The notes: generated by a model not told the origin, from the letters alone. Shown: positions 16,823 through 26,708, numbered from the stretch's first letter. The stretch is DNA of 64,000 nucleotides from Acidimicrobiaceae bacterium (GCA_026710865.1 JAPOQG010000204.1:9318-73317), one strand, 5' to 3'. Translations and numbers: made by a program.

Positions 16823-17817
16823 CCCGCCGGCGCCGGTGCCAGGCCCACTGCTCGGCCAGGCCCCGGTTCAGCGAGGTGACGGGGCGCCAGCCCAGCAGCC
16901 GATGAGCCGCTGAGCAGTCGGCCGACGTCGCCTGCGGGTCTCCGGCGGGGCGGGCCGCGGCCTCGACCGGCACCGGCGCGCCGGTCATCGCTCCGACCGC
17001 GGCGATGACATCGTTGAGCGACGCCGGAGCGCCTCCTCCGATGTCGAACGCCCGGCCCGATGCGGAGGCCAGCGCTCCAGCAGCCGCCGTGGCGGCTGCA
17101 ACGTCGAGCACGAACGTGAACTCCCGCGTCTGGGACCCGGAGCCCCGCCGCACGAACGCCGGGCCGTCGGGCCGCAATGACTCGAATATCCGGTGCATGG
17201 CCATGTCCGGTCGCTGGCGTGGCCCGTACACGGTGAAGTACCGCAGTGTCACGACGTCGAGGCCCCGCCGGGCGTACACGCCGGCCAGGTGCTCGCAGGC
17301 TGCCTTCGAGGCGCCATAGGGGCTGATCGGGCTCAGGGTCCGCCGGCCGTCTCTGCCGGAGGTCTCTCCGTACACGGAGGAACTCGAGGCGATGACCACC
17401 CGGCGCACCCCCGCGGCCAGAGCGGCCTCCAGCACGGCATGGGTTCCCGCCACGTTCACGTCCCAGGCGTCGGCGAAGGACCCGCCCCAGGAGTCCTGCA
17501 CGCCCGCTCGGGCCGCGAGGTGGTACACGGTCTCGGCTCCGGCGAAGCCCGGCAAGGTTGCTGTCGCGCAGGTCGCCGACCTCCAGGCGGAACCAACCGT
17601 AGGCGCCGGCTCCGATCAGGTTCGCTCTCTTCTGCTCCGGGCTGTAGGCGGGATCGAAGCAGTCCAGCCCGATGACGCTGCGGCCCCGGCCGACCAGCAG
17701 GTCGACGAGATGGGAGCCGATGAACCCGGCCGCGCCCGTAACCACGTCGAAGGCGCCTCGCCGGCGCGCGCCGCCGTGTCCGTTCGTGATATATTCGCCT
17801 GGGTCTACAGAGAGCAT
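16767..17817 (-). pseudogene. NAD-dependent epimerase/dehydratase, interrupted by a frameshift (or a sequencing error)
   Basis: The N-terminal Rossmann part (VVTGAAGFIGSHLVDLLV..GDLRDSNLAG) is in one frame, from ATG 17817. The remainder (..FAGAETVYHLAA..SSSSVYG..YGASK..) is in another frame (16767-17555). The switch lies near 17541-17565. Confidence 0.7.
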
Positions 17818-17868
17818 TAGGCTTACCTTACAAAAATTGTGGCCGCATGAGAAACCGGAGCAGTCGAG

Positions 17869-19257
17869 TTGGCTGAGGTAGTCGTCGTGGGAGCGGGCCC
17901 GGCCGGTCTCATGGCCGCGCTGCGCAGCGCGCGGGCCGGCCATCGGTGCATCCTCCTGGAGGCGGGGGAGACCGTGGGCGGCATGGCCGGCAGCTTCGAC
18001 ATCGCGGGCCAGAGGGTGGACTACGGCTCTCACCGGCTGCATCCGGCCACGCCCGAGCGGTTCCTCGAGTTGTTCCGGGAGCTGCTCGGGTCCGATCTTC
18101 AGGTCCGGCCGCGCCGCGGCCGCATCCGCCTGCGCGGGCGCTGGCTCGCGTTCCCGTTGCGGGGTGGGGACATGATCCGCAATCTCCCGGTGTCGTTCGG
18201 CGTCCGGGCCGCAATCGACGCGGCCGCACCACCGCTGCGGAGGGGCCGAGCCGTCGCGGTGTCCTTCGAGGAGGAGGTCACGCGCCGGCTCGGTCCGGCC
18301 GTGGCCCGCGAGTTCTATGTGCCCTATGCCCGCAAGCTGTACGGCGTCGAGGCCGCCCTTCTCGATCGGGAACTGGCGATGCGCCGGGTGAGCGCCTCGG
18401 GCGCGGCCGACGTGTTGGGGCGGGTCGTGCGGGCCGCTCGGCCCCAGGGCCGCCGCTTCCTGTACCCGCGGGCCGGGTACGGCCAGCTCAGCGAGGCTCT
18501 GGCCCGGGCCGCAGTCGACGCCGGTGCCGAGGTGAGGATGCGAGCTCCGGTCCGCCGGGTCGAGGCCGCCGGCGACGGTGTGGCGGTCTGCTACGACGGT
18601 ATGAGGGTTCCAGCGGATGTGGTTCTGTCGACCATGGCGGCGCCCGCGCTGGCCAGAGCCCTTGAGCCCGCTCCGCCCGTCGAGGTGCAGGAGGCACTGG
18701 GGCATTGCCGGAGCAGGGCGGTGGTCCTGGCGTACCTGGTCGTCGGCCGTGATCGGTTCACGCCCTTCGATGCTCACTACTTTCCCGGTCCGGAGACCCG
18801 GATGGCGCGGCTCTCGGAGCCCAAGAACTACCGCGACGGCGACGATCCGCCGGGACAGACCGTGCTGTGCGCCGAGATCCCCTGCTGGCCCGGCGACGAG
18901 CTGTGGCATGCGTCCGGCGACTCGATAGGCGAGATGGTGGCCGACGACCTGGAGCGGGTCGGCCTGGGCGTTCCCGAGCCCTGGCGGGTGGAGGTCCGCC
19001 GGCTTCCCGCGGTCTACCCCGTGTACGAGACGGCCACAGCCGAGGCGCGGGCGACCGTCGAGTCGTGGCTGCGATCGCTCGCCTCCGCAGGCGTCGTGTC
19101 GCTCGGGCGTCACGGCCTGGGCGTTCTCGACAACCTTCACCACATGTTGGCCATGGGGGAGGCGGCCGCAAGCTCGGTCCGTCCGTCGGGTGGTGTGGAT
19201 GCGATCGCCTGGTCCCGGTCGCTGGACGGTTTCGCCGAGCACGTCGTGGAGGACTGA
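17869..19257 (+). CDS. FAD-dependent oxidoreductase (amine oxidase / protoporphyrinogen-oxidase-like fold)
   Basis: 462 aa with an N-terminal dinucleotide-binding motif VVVVGAGPAGLMAAL..LLEAGETVGG. Divergent from the epimerase across an AT-rich 51-bp spacer. Confidence 0.8.
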   Translation: MAEVVVVGAGPAGLMAALRSARAGHRCILLEAGETVGGMAGSFDIAGQRVDYGSHRLHPATPERFLELFRELLGSDLQVRPRRGRIRLRGRWLAFPLRGGDMIRNLPVSFGVRAAIDAAAPPLRRGRAVAVSFEEEVTRRLGPAVAREFYVPYARKLYGVEAALLDRELAMRRVSASGAADVLGRVVRAARPQGRRFLYPRAGYGQLSEALARAAVDAGAEVRMRAPVRRVEAAGDGVAVCYDGMRVPADVVLSTMAAPALARALEPAPPVEVQEALGHCRSRAVVLAYLVVGRDRFTPFDAHYFPGPETRMARLSEPKNYRDGDDPPGQTVLCAEIPCWPGDELWHASGDSIGEMVADDLERVGLGVPEPWRVEVRRLPAVYPVYETATAEARATVESWLRSLASAGVVSLGRHGLGVLDNLHHMLAMGEAAASSVRPSGGVDAIAWSRSLDGFAEHVVED

Positions 19258-19319
19258 GCACTGCCTGGCGGACCGTTTTGCCCCGGCCCAACCGGACCGC
19301 TCCGGGTTAGGGTGGGGTC

Positions 19320-19790
19320 ATGCAGGGCCAACCGGAGATAATCGACTTCCTCAACGAGGCGCTGGCCGCTGAGGTGACCGCCATCAACCAGTACTTCGTC
19401 AACTCGAAGGTGTGCGAGGACTGGGGTTGGGACCGCCTGGCCGCCAAGATGCGCGAGGAGTCCATCGAGGAGATGCACGACGCCGAGAAGCTGATGGACC
19501 GCATCCTCTACCTGGACGGCATGCCGAGGCTGGAGAGCCTGGCCAGCGTGCGGGCCGGCAAGACCGTCGAGGAGCAGATGGAGAACGACCGCCGGCTCGA
19601 GGTGTCCGCCATCGAGCGCTACCGCCGGGGGGTGGCCCTGGCCGAACAGCACGGCGACGTCGGCACCCGGGAACTGCTGGAGCACCTGCTGGTGGGCGAG
19701 GAGGAGCACCTCGACTGGATCGAGACCCAGCAGAGCGCCATCGCCGACATCGGCATCCAGAACTACCTCCAGGCCCAGATAGGCGGCTGA
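19320..19790 (+). CDS. bfr: bacterioferritin
   Basis: 156 aa. MQG.PEIIDFLNEAL.AE..AINQYF...K....WG...LA......ESIEEM.HA..L..RIL.L.G.P is a classic Bfr sequence. Confidence 0.9.
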   Translation: MQGQPEIIDFLNEALAAEVTAINQYFVNSKVCEDWGWDRLAAKMREESIEEMHDAEKLMDRILYLDGMPRLESLASVRAGKTVEEQMENDRRLEVSAIERYRRGVALAEQHGDVGTRELLEHLLVGEEEHLDWIETQQSAIADIGIQNYLQAQIGG

Positions 19791-19834
19791 ACGCCCCGCC
19801 CGTCGGGTTAGTCGGGCTGAGCCGGCAGGACTAG

Positions 19835-21964
19835 GTGGATAGAACCGGATCCTTCCCGCGTCGCCAGGCCCGCACCCGGCGCTTCACGCTGGGCGAGCCC
19901 CGCGACATCCGGGTGTCCGACGACGGCTCCCGGGTGGCGTTCCTGCGCTCGTCGGGACCCGTCGACCCGGCCAACTCTCTGTGGGTGCTGGATGTGGCCG
20001 CCGGTTCGGAGCGCCTGGTGGCCGACCCCGGCCGGCTCACCGGCGACCACGGCGACCGGGATCTGCCGAAGGCCGAGCGGGCCCGCCGCGAGCGGGTGCG
20101 GGAGACCGGCTCCGGCATCGTGTCCTATGACGCCGACGCGGATCTGGGGACCGCGGTGTTCTCGCTGGGTGGGAGGCTGTGGCGGGCTGACCTGACCGGA
20201 GGCGACCGGCGGCCCGAGCCCCTCGCGTCCCGGCCTGGAGCGTTCGACCCGCGGCTCTCGCCCGGCGGCTCGCGGGTCGCCTACGTGGCCGGTCCGGTCC
20301 TGCGGGTGACCGGGGACGCCGCCGAAGACCGGGCCGTCGCCGAGGAGCCCGGCGAGACGGTGAGCTGGGGATCGGCCGAGTTCGTGGCCGCCGAGGAGAT
20401 GGGCCGCACGAGGGGCCACTGGTGGTCTCCCGACGGCCGGCGCCTGCTGGCGGCCCGGGTGGACACCGCCGGTGTGCCGCGCTGGTGGATCCCCGATCCG
20501 GCGTCGCCCGACGCCGAGCCGGTCGAGATGCGCTATCCGGCCGCCGGCGCGGCCAACGCCGAGGTGCGCTTGGCCGTTCTCGACGCCGGGGGCGACGACG
20601 GCGGCGCCGGGACCGGCCCGGTGGACGTGGCCTGGGACGAGGGCGGCTGGGAATACCTGGCCGGGGTGCGCTGGAGCGCCGACGGGCTGATCCTGACGGT
20701 CCAGACCCGGGATCAGCGCACGCTCGGCGTGTTGGAGGCCGACCCGGACACCGGGTCCTGCCGCCTCCTGCGCCGTGTCACCGACGACGCCTGGGTGGAA
20801 CTCGTTCCAGGCGTGCCGAGGCTGGTGGGATCCGGGCTCGTCACGGTCGAGGACCGGGGCAGCGCGCGCCGGCTGTGCGTGGACGGCGAGGCCCTCACGC
20901 CCGACGACATGCAGGTCCGGGCCGTTCACCATGCCGACGACGCAGGTGTCGTCGTCACCGCCTCAGCCGACCCGGCCGAGGTCCATGTCGCCCGGGTGGG
21001 CTGGGACGGCTCCGTTTCGTGGCTCACCGACGGCCCGGGCGTCAACGGGGCGGCTGCCGGTGGCGGCACGGTCGTGCTCGCCGGGCGGACGCTGGAGCAT
21101 GCAGGCCGCCGCTGCACGGTCGCGTCGCGACTGAGGCCCGGCCGGGACCACTGCATCGCTTCGTTCGCCGCGGATCCCGGCCTGGACCTGAACGTCGAGA
21201 TCGTCGAGCTTGGCGCCCGCAAGCTGGTGTCGGCCCTCGTGATGCCCTCGGCGGCGGCCTCCACCGGCGACGGGCCACTGCCGGTGCTGCTGGATCCCTA
21301 CGGCGGGCCCCACGCCCAGCGGGTGCAGCGGGCCGAGGCCCTGTTCCACACCTCGCAGTGGTTCGCCGACCAGGGATTCGCGGTGCTGGTGGTGGACGGC
21401 CGGGGCACGCCGGGCCGGGGCCCGGCCTTCGAGCGGGCCGTGCGGGGCGACCTGGCCGGCCTCGTCCTCGAGGACCAGATCGACGCCTTGAGGGCCGCGG
21501 CCGTCATCGAGCCGCGCCTGGACCTGTCGAGGGTGGCCATCCGGGGCTGGTCCTTCGGCGGCTACCTGGCCGCGCTCGGAGTCCTGCGACGGCCCGACGT
21601 CTTCTCAGCTGCTGTCGCGGGCGCGCCGGTCACCGACTGGCGGCTCTACGACACCCACTACACCGAGCGCTATCTCGGCCACCCCGCCGAGGAGCCGGCC
21701 AACTACGAGCGCACCGACCTGACCCCGCTCGCGCCCGGCCTGGAACGCCCCCTGATGCTCATCCACGGCCTGGCCGACGACAACGTGGTGGCGGCCCACA
21801 CCCTGCGGCTGTCGCGGGCTCTGACCGAGGCAGGACGGCCCCACACCGTGCTGCCTCTGTCGGGCGTAACCCACATGACCCCCCAGGAGGAGGTCGCCGA
21901 GAACCTGCTGATCATCCAGCTTCGCTTCCTGCAAGACGCCCTGCGAGTGCCCGCAAATGGGTGA
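19835..21964 (+). CDS. S9 family serine peptidase (dipeptidyl-peptidase IV-like)
   Basis: 709 aa. A DPP-IV-type beta-propeller N-terminus (WSPDGRRLL..) and a C-terminal hydrolase with nucleophile motif GWSFGGY and LIHGLADDNV. Confidence 0.85.
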   Translation: MDRTGSFPRRQARTRRFTLGEPRDIRVSDDGSRVAFLRSSGPVDPANSLWVLDVAAGSERLVADPGRLTGDHGDRDLPKAERARRERVRETGSGIVSYDADADLGTAVFSLGGRLWRADLTGGDRRPEPLASRPGAFDPRLSPGGSRVAYVAGPVLRVTGDAAEDRAVAEEPGETVSWGSAEFVAAEEMGRTRGHWWSPDGRRLLAARVDTAGVPRWWIPDPASPDAEPVEMRYPAAGAANAEVRLAVLDAGGDDGGAGTGPVDVAWDEGGWEYLAGVRWSADGLILTVQTRDQRTLGVLEADPDTGSCRLLRRVTDDAWVELVPGVPRLVGSGLVTVEDRGSARRLCVDGEALTPDDMQVRAVHHADDAGVVVTASADPAEVHVARVGWDGSVSWLTDGPGVNGAAAGGGTVVLAGRTLEHAGRRCTVASRLRPGRDHCIASFAADPGLDLNVEIVELGARKLVSALVMPSAAASTGDGPLPVLLDPYGGPHAQRVQRAEALFHTSQWFADQGFAVLVVDGRGTPGRGPAFERAVRGDLAGLVLEDQIDALRAAAVIEPRLDLSRVAIRGWSFGGYLAALGVLRRPDVFSAAVAGAPVTDWRLYDTHYTERYLGHPAEEPANYERTDLTPLAPGLERPLMLIHGLADDNVVAAHTLRLSRALTEAGRPHTVLPLSGVTHMTPQEEVAENLLIIQLRFLQDALRVPANG

Positions 21965-21991
21965 CGACCTGTCGCGTGGCAGCGGTGTCAC

Positions 21992-22086
21992 TCCCGCTCT
22001 TGTTCGCTTCGCTCACGGGCCGCTCGGGCCACGGCCTCGCTCCGTGTGTGCCGCGCCGTCCCGCCTATCCGCTCGGCCTCTGCGAG
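21992..22086 (+). repeat. interspersed intergenic repeat, copy a (medium-length form)
   Basis: Begins TCCCGCTCTTGTTCGCTTCGCTCACGGGCCGC and ends CCGCTCGGCCTCTGCGAG. It shares both ends with the copies at 34306, 39344 (inverted) and 61721. Confidence 0.85.
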
Positions 22087-22140
22087 TGCCAACATTGGCG
22101 CCTCGAGAGCAGCCGCCGCGAGACCGCGAGGGAGCAGCCG

Positions 22141-23361
22141 GTGAGTGACGAGCAGCCCGAGGCGATTGCGGGAACCGGCGCCGATGAGGCGGTGGCCGGC
22201 CTGCGCCGGGAGCGGCTGCTGGACGGGCGGTCCTGGGACGACTTCTGCGACGCGCTCAAGGCCGCGGGCCGGGTCGTTCTGCGCGAGACCCCCGACGGCG
22301 ACCCTCAGGACCGGGTGGAGGGATTCCGCTACCTCACCCGCATGATCATGATGGCCTCGGCCCGGGCCGTCGAGCGCCGGACCCCCGGCGCCCGGGCCCG
22401 GCCCGTGCGTCTCATCCCGCCGCCGCTGAGGGGCGGCCAGGGCGTGCAGTCGCCCAACCAGGACCACATCGTGCAGCCGGTGGACCCCCGCTACCGCTAC
22501 CGGGTCACCGGGACCCTCGGCAGCGCCTACACCCACCTGTCGGCGTGGAGCCCCCCCATCCCCGATGATGTGGGCGCGTTCGATGTGGGGACCGGGGCCG
22601 AGGACCATCTGCGGAGCTTCAACCCGAACATGGCGCTGACCCCCCACAGCTTCGTGCTGTCGGAGCTGGCCGCCGCCGACGGCACGGTCGACTTCGTCAT
22701 GTCGGTGACCGATCCCGGCCCCGACGAGGCGTGGTTCCCGATGACCGCGCGGACCAGGGAGCTCATGGGTCGGGTGGTGTACGAGGACCGCGGGGCCGAG
22801 TCGCCGCCCCGCCTCGAGATCTGCTGCCTCGACGAGCACCGGAGGCCGGCCACGCCGGAGCCCGACGACATGGCGGTCCGGCTGGCGGTCGCGGGGCAGC
22901 TGGTGCTCGGGCTGCTCAGCGACTACGGGGGATGGACCCGCGACCTGCTCACCCGCGAGAACCAGCTCGAGTACACCAAGGAGTGGTACGAGCGCATCGG
23001 CGGGGCGCCCGACGACCGCCATTTCGAGTTCGGCTACTGGCGCCTGGAGCCGGGCACCGCGCTGGTGGTGGAGTTCGCCGAGCCCCGCTGCCAGCACTGG
23101 AACTTCCAGCTCTGCAACCACTGGATGGAGAACCTGGCCGACTATTTCCGGGGCCGGGGCTACGTGGACAGCGAGAACGCGGCACGCACCGCCGACGGCC
23201 GGGTGCGCATTGTGGTGTCCGGGTCCGACCCCGGCGTCGCCAACTGGATCGATCCCGGCGACCGGGACCACGGCGTGATGGGCCTGCGCTTCGTACAGCC
23301 CGCGACCACCCCCGAGGTGTCCAGCCGCCTGACTCCGATCGAGGATCTGGCCGGGTCCTGA
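22141..23361 (+). CDS. conserved hypothetical protein (DUF1214-like, low-confidence family call)
   Basis: GTG at 22141 preceded by GGGAG. 406 aa with high GC3. The long ORF 20422-23361 upstream of this start is an artefact running antisense or out of frame through the peptidase gene. Confidence 0.55.
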   Translation: MSDEQPEAIAGTGADEAVAGLRRERLLDGRSWDDFCDALKAAGRVVLRETPDGDPQDRVEGFRYLTRMIMMASARAVERRTPGARARPVRLIPPPLRGGQGVQSPNQDHIVQPVDPRYRYRVTGTLGSAYTHLSAWSPPIPDDVGAFDVGTGAEDHLRSFNPNMALTPHSFVLSELAAADGTVDFVMSVTDPGPDEAWFPMTARTRELMGRVVYEDRGAESPPRLEICCLDEHRRPATPEPDDMAVRLAVAGQLVLGLLSDYGGWTRDLLTRENQLEYTKEWYERIGGAPDDRHFEFGYWRLEPGTALVVEFAEPRCQHWNFQLCNHWMENLADYFRGRGYVDSENAARTADGRVRIVVSGSDPGVANWIDPGDRDHGVMGLRFVQPATTPEVSSRLTPIEDLAGS

Positions 23362-23723
23362 GCGGCGGGGCTCGGAGCCCTGCGTGCCAGTGCGAATCCA
23401 TGATCAACATCGTTCGGGTTGTGCTCGCGCCGATAGTGCGCGAACATGGTTGGCAGCGTCTTCCTTGACCGGGGCCGCGTGGGCTTTCGGTCACCTAGCG
23501 GGGCGGTGGTGCGCACTACCGGGGGGAGGAGGTGCGCATCACCGTCACCGCACGCGGCGGTCCGCACGAGTCTGGATTCAGCCCGCGCTGCGCTGGTAGG
23601 CGGAGGTCACGAGGGTCTTCGATGCCGCAGGCATGGCCATGACTCCCATTATGTCCACGATGCCCCGGGGTCGAGGGTCGGGCTATCGTCACCGGTCACG
23701 CGACGAGCGACAGGAGCGGAGCC

Positions 23724-24488
23724 ATGGCCGAGCGTGACGGATATGACCACGGGGTCTTCAACTGGGTCGACCTGTGTACCGGCGACACCGATCAGGCCAA
23801 GGCGTTCTACGGGCCGTTGTTCGGGGTGACGTTCGCCGAGCCTGCCGACGACAACCCGTACACGGTCGCGCTCAAGGGCGAGAGGCTCGTGTGGGGGCTG
23901 ATGCCCCAGCCCGAGCATCTGGCGGGCATGCCGTACTTCTGGGAGACCTACATCAAGGTCGACGACATCGAAGCGGCCGCGGCGCGGGTGGCCCCGTGCG
24001 GGGGGACGTCCCTGGGGCCGGTGATGGACGTCGACGACACCGGCCGGCTGGCGGTGGTGGCCGACCCGACCGGCGCGGTGGTGATCCTGTGGGAGCCCGG
24101 CGACCACCACGGCGCGCACCTGGTGGACGAGCACGGCACCATGTGCTGGCACGAACTGGTCACCAGCGACGTGGACGCGGCCATGGACTTCTACTCGCAG
24201 CTGCTGGGCTGGACGGCGGTGCCCTTCGACGAGGAAGGCACCGTCGGCATCCGGTTGGGCGACGACTTCATCGGCAGCGCCACCCCCGGCGATGGCGATG
24301 TCCCGCCCCACTGGGCGGTCTTGTTCGCGGTGGACGACTGCGACGCGGTCGTGGAGAGCTGCGGCCGCTTCGGCGGGCAGACGCTGGTGCCCGCCATGGA
24401 CTTGCCTCCGGGCCGCATGGCCATGCTGGCCGACGACCAGGGCGCCATGTTCTGGGTGATCACGCCCGACCCGGACTTCTCCGTGTGA
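23724..24488 (+). CDS. VOC (glyoxalase/bleomycin-resistance/dioxygenase) family protein, two-domain
   Basis: 254 aa. The pattern F.WVDL...D...A..FY..L.G is present twice, at the N-terminus and near residue 140. Confidence 0.8.
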   Translation: MAERDGYDHGVFNWVDLCTGDTDQAKAFYGPLFGVTFAEPADDNPYTVALKGERLVWGLMPQPEHLAGMPYFWETYIKVDDIEAAAARVAPCGGTSLGPVMDVDDTGRLAVVADPTGAVVILWEPGDHHGAHLVDEHGTMCWHELVTSDVDAAMDFYSQLLGWTAVPFDEEGTVGIRLGDDFIGSATPGDGDVPPHWAVLFAVDDCDAVVESCGRFGGQTLVPAMDLPPGRMAMLADDQGAMFWVITPDPDFSV

Positions 24489-24502
24489 GCATCCCGAGTC
24501 CT

Positions 24503-25489
24503 CTAGAGGCGCCGCCAGCACTCGTCGAAGGCGTTGACCGTGGCCATCCGGTCGTTGCCCATTGGCAAGATGTTGATGGAGTCCACGCCCACGTTCTGCA
24601 GGGCGGCGAGTTGAGCCGTCACCCGGTCTCGATTGCCGGCGATCGCCATTCGCTGAACGAAGCTCGCCGGCAACAATGAGGCGGCTTCTGCGGCTTCGTG
24701 GAATTCGCCGCCGCGGTAGCGTTCTCGCACCGCTGTTGTGATCTCGGGATCGAGCCCGGCGAGATCGCAGTAGACCGGCGCGGTCTGCGGGAACCAGGCG
24801 GCGATCGAGCGTGCTCCGGCGATGGCGGCATCCTCGTCCTCGTCGATCACGCCGTAGACGAAGATCGCGACGTGTGGACGAGGTCTTTGCGCGCTTCTCG
24901 CGCCCTCATCGACGCGATCCAGCGCCCACTGGACCACCGCCGGGTCGAGGCCGCACAACAGGATCACCCCGTCGGCGACCGCGCCGGCCAGTTCGAGGGT
25001 GCGGGGCCCGCTGGCTGAGACGAAAACGGGCAGATCGGCCTTGGCGTCGAACCGCAGATGGGCATCGTCCAAGCGAAACCCGGGCCCGTCGGAAGTGACC
25101 CGTTCACCGGCCAGCAGCTTGCGGATTGCTGCGATGGCCGCCTCCAGTTCCGCAACTCGGGCGGGCTTGGCCCCCAAGGCCATCAAGGGTCGATCCCCCG
25201 CTCCGATGCCGAGGATGGCGCGGTCGCCTGCGATCTCGGAGAACGTTGCCGCCGCCACCGCGGTCAGCGCGGGATGGCGGGTGACGGGGTTGGTGACCGC
25301 AGTCCCCAGTGTCAGTTGCGTGGTGGCCCTCGCCGCGAGGGCCAGCAGCTGGTACGGGTCGCGTGCGTGCAGCGACGACTCCGTCAGCCACAGGTTGTCG
25401 AATCCGAGCACCTCGATGTGTCTCGCCATGGCGAGGAACTCATCGACCGCGTCGACGCCCTGCAGAACCACTCCCCGTCGGATACTCAT
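24503..25489 (-). CDS. LLM class F420-dependent oxidoreductase
   Basis: ATG at 25489 (MSIRRGVVLQG..). 328 aa. GFDNLWLTES..LGTAVTNP..RHPA..A...A....GDR..LGIGAG. Confidence 0.85.
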   Translation of the reverse strand: MSIRRGVVLQGVDAVDEFLAMARHIEVLGFDNLWLTESSLHARDPYQLLALAARATTQLTLGTAVTNPVTRHPALTAVAAATFSEIAGDRAILGIGAGDRPLMALGAKPARVAELEAAIAAIRKLLAGERVTSDGPGFRLDDAHLRFDAKADLPVFVSASGPRTLELAGAVADGVILLCGLDPAVVQWALDRVDEGARSAQRPRPHVAIFVYGVIDEDEDAAIAGARSIAAWFPQTAPVYCDLAGLDPEITTAVRERYRGGEFHEAAEAASLLPASFVQRMAIAGNRDRVTAQLAALQNVGVDSINILPMGNDRMATVNAFDECWRRL

Positions 25490-25529
25490 AGTCGTTGGTC
25501 CCTCTCGATGTCGAGAATCGTGCCGGCCC

Positions 25530-26708
25530 TCATCGCGTGAGCCGATCCACGAGGTCGGGCGGCACGCCGAATTCCTCAAGGACGCCGCGGGTGTGCGCGC
25601 CGAGTTCGGGGGGCCGGTCAAGGCGCGGCCGCTCCCCGTCGATGCGGAACGGCGGGTCCACCGCAGGGATGGTGCTGTCGCCGCCGTTGCTCGGTCGCCG
25701 CAGGATGTCGAGCGCCTCGACCTGGGGGGACCCGAGGGCACGGAGAAGTGTGCGGACCTGACCGGCCGGGATCCCGGCCGCATCGAAGCGGTCGAGCCAG
25801 GCGGCGGCGTCGTCGGTCGCGAGGACGGCGTTGATCGTGGCGGTCAGTTCATCCCGGTGCGAGACCCTGGCGGCATTGTCGACGAACCGGGGATCGGAGG
25901 GCAGGTCGGGCCGACCCAGGACGTCGCACAGCGTCTCCCAGAGTTGTTCGTTGCCGGCTCCGGCGAGGACGATCTCTGTGTCGCGGGCGGTGAATGCTCC
26001 GTAGGGTGCGAACGAGGGGGAGTGGCTGCCGAGCAGCCGGGGGCTGCTCCCGGTGGTCACTGCTTCGCTGGCGATCGTTGTGAACGACGCCATGGCGAAC
26101 TCCAGCAGAGATGAGCTGACCTCGCTGCCGACCCCGGTCTCCTGCCGGGCGAGATGAGCCGCCAGGAGCGCGGTCACCGTCACCAGGCCGGCGCCGATGT
26201 CCAGCATCGGCGCCCCGACCTTCACGCTGCCCGAGTCGGCGGAACCGGTCACCGACATGAGGCCGCTCTCGGCTTGGACGATGAGGTCGAAACCACCTCG
26301 GGCGGCGTCGGGGCCGAGATCGCCGAAGGCTGAGATTGAAGCGTGAATCAGCCATGGGTGCCGCTCGTGCACCGAGTCGTAGTCGAGGCTGTAGCGAGCC
26401 AAGGACCCCGGCCGGGCGTTGTGGACCATGAAGTCGGAACCCGCCAGCAGGTGCTCCAAGGCCTGCGCACCGTCGGGCAGGCGGAAGTCCACCAGGACGC
26501 TCTCCTTGCCGCGGTTGAGTGATGCGAACAGGGCGGATCCGCCACCGCCGTCGGCCAGGCCCTGGCCCCGGTAGGGGTCGCCGCTGGGGGGTGGCTCGAT
26601 CTTGAGGACTCGAGCGCCCAGGCCGGCAAGGATCATCGTGGTGTAGGACCCCGACACGTACCGGGTCAGGTCCACGACCTTGGTGCCCGCGAGCGGCCCG
26701 GCTACCAC
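25530..26708 (-). CDS. CoA transferase (family III, CaiB/BaiF)
   Basis: 392 aa. GPLAG.KVVDLT....G.Y.T..LA.LGA.V.KIE.P..GDP.R. Confidence 0.85.
   Translation of the reverse strand: MVAGPLAGTKVVDLTRYVSGSYTTMILAGLGARVLKIEPPPSGDPYRGQGLADGGGGSALFASLNRGKESVLVDFRLPDGAQALEHLLAGSDFMVHNARPGSLARYSLDYDSVHERHPWLIHASISAFGDLGPDAARGGFDLIVQAESGLMSVTGSADSGSVKVGAPMLDIGAGLVTVTALLAAHLARQETGVGSEVSSSLLEFAMASFTTIASEAVTTGSSPRLLGSHSPSFAPYGAFTARDTEIVLAGAGNEQLWETLCDVLGRPDLPSDPRFVDNAARVSHRDELTATINAVLATDDAAAWLDRFDAAGIPAGQVRTLLRALGSPQVEALDILRRPSNGGDSTIPAVDPPFRIDGERPRLDRPPELGAHTRGVLEEFGVPPDLVDRLTR

Noticed and set aside
23578-23649. A 23-codon minus-strand ORF (MGVMAMPAASKTLVTSAYQRSAG) in the 360-bp gap.
   Set aside because: It has no RBS or promoter-like sequence, no conservation evidence is available, and it is too short to assess by composition.
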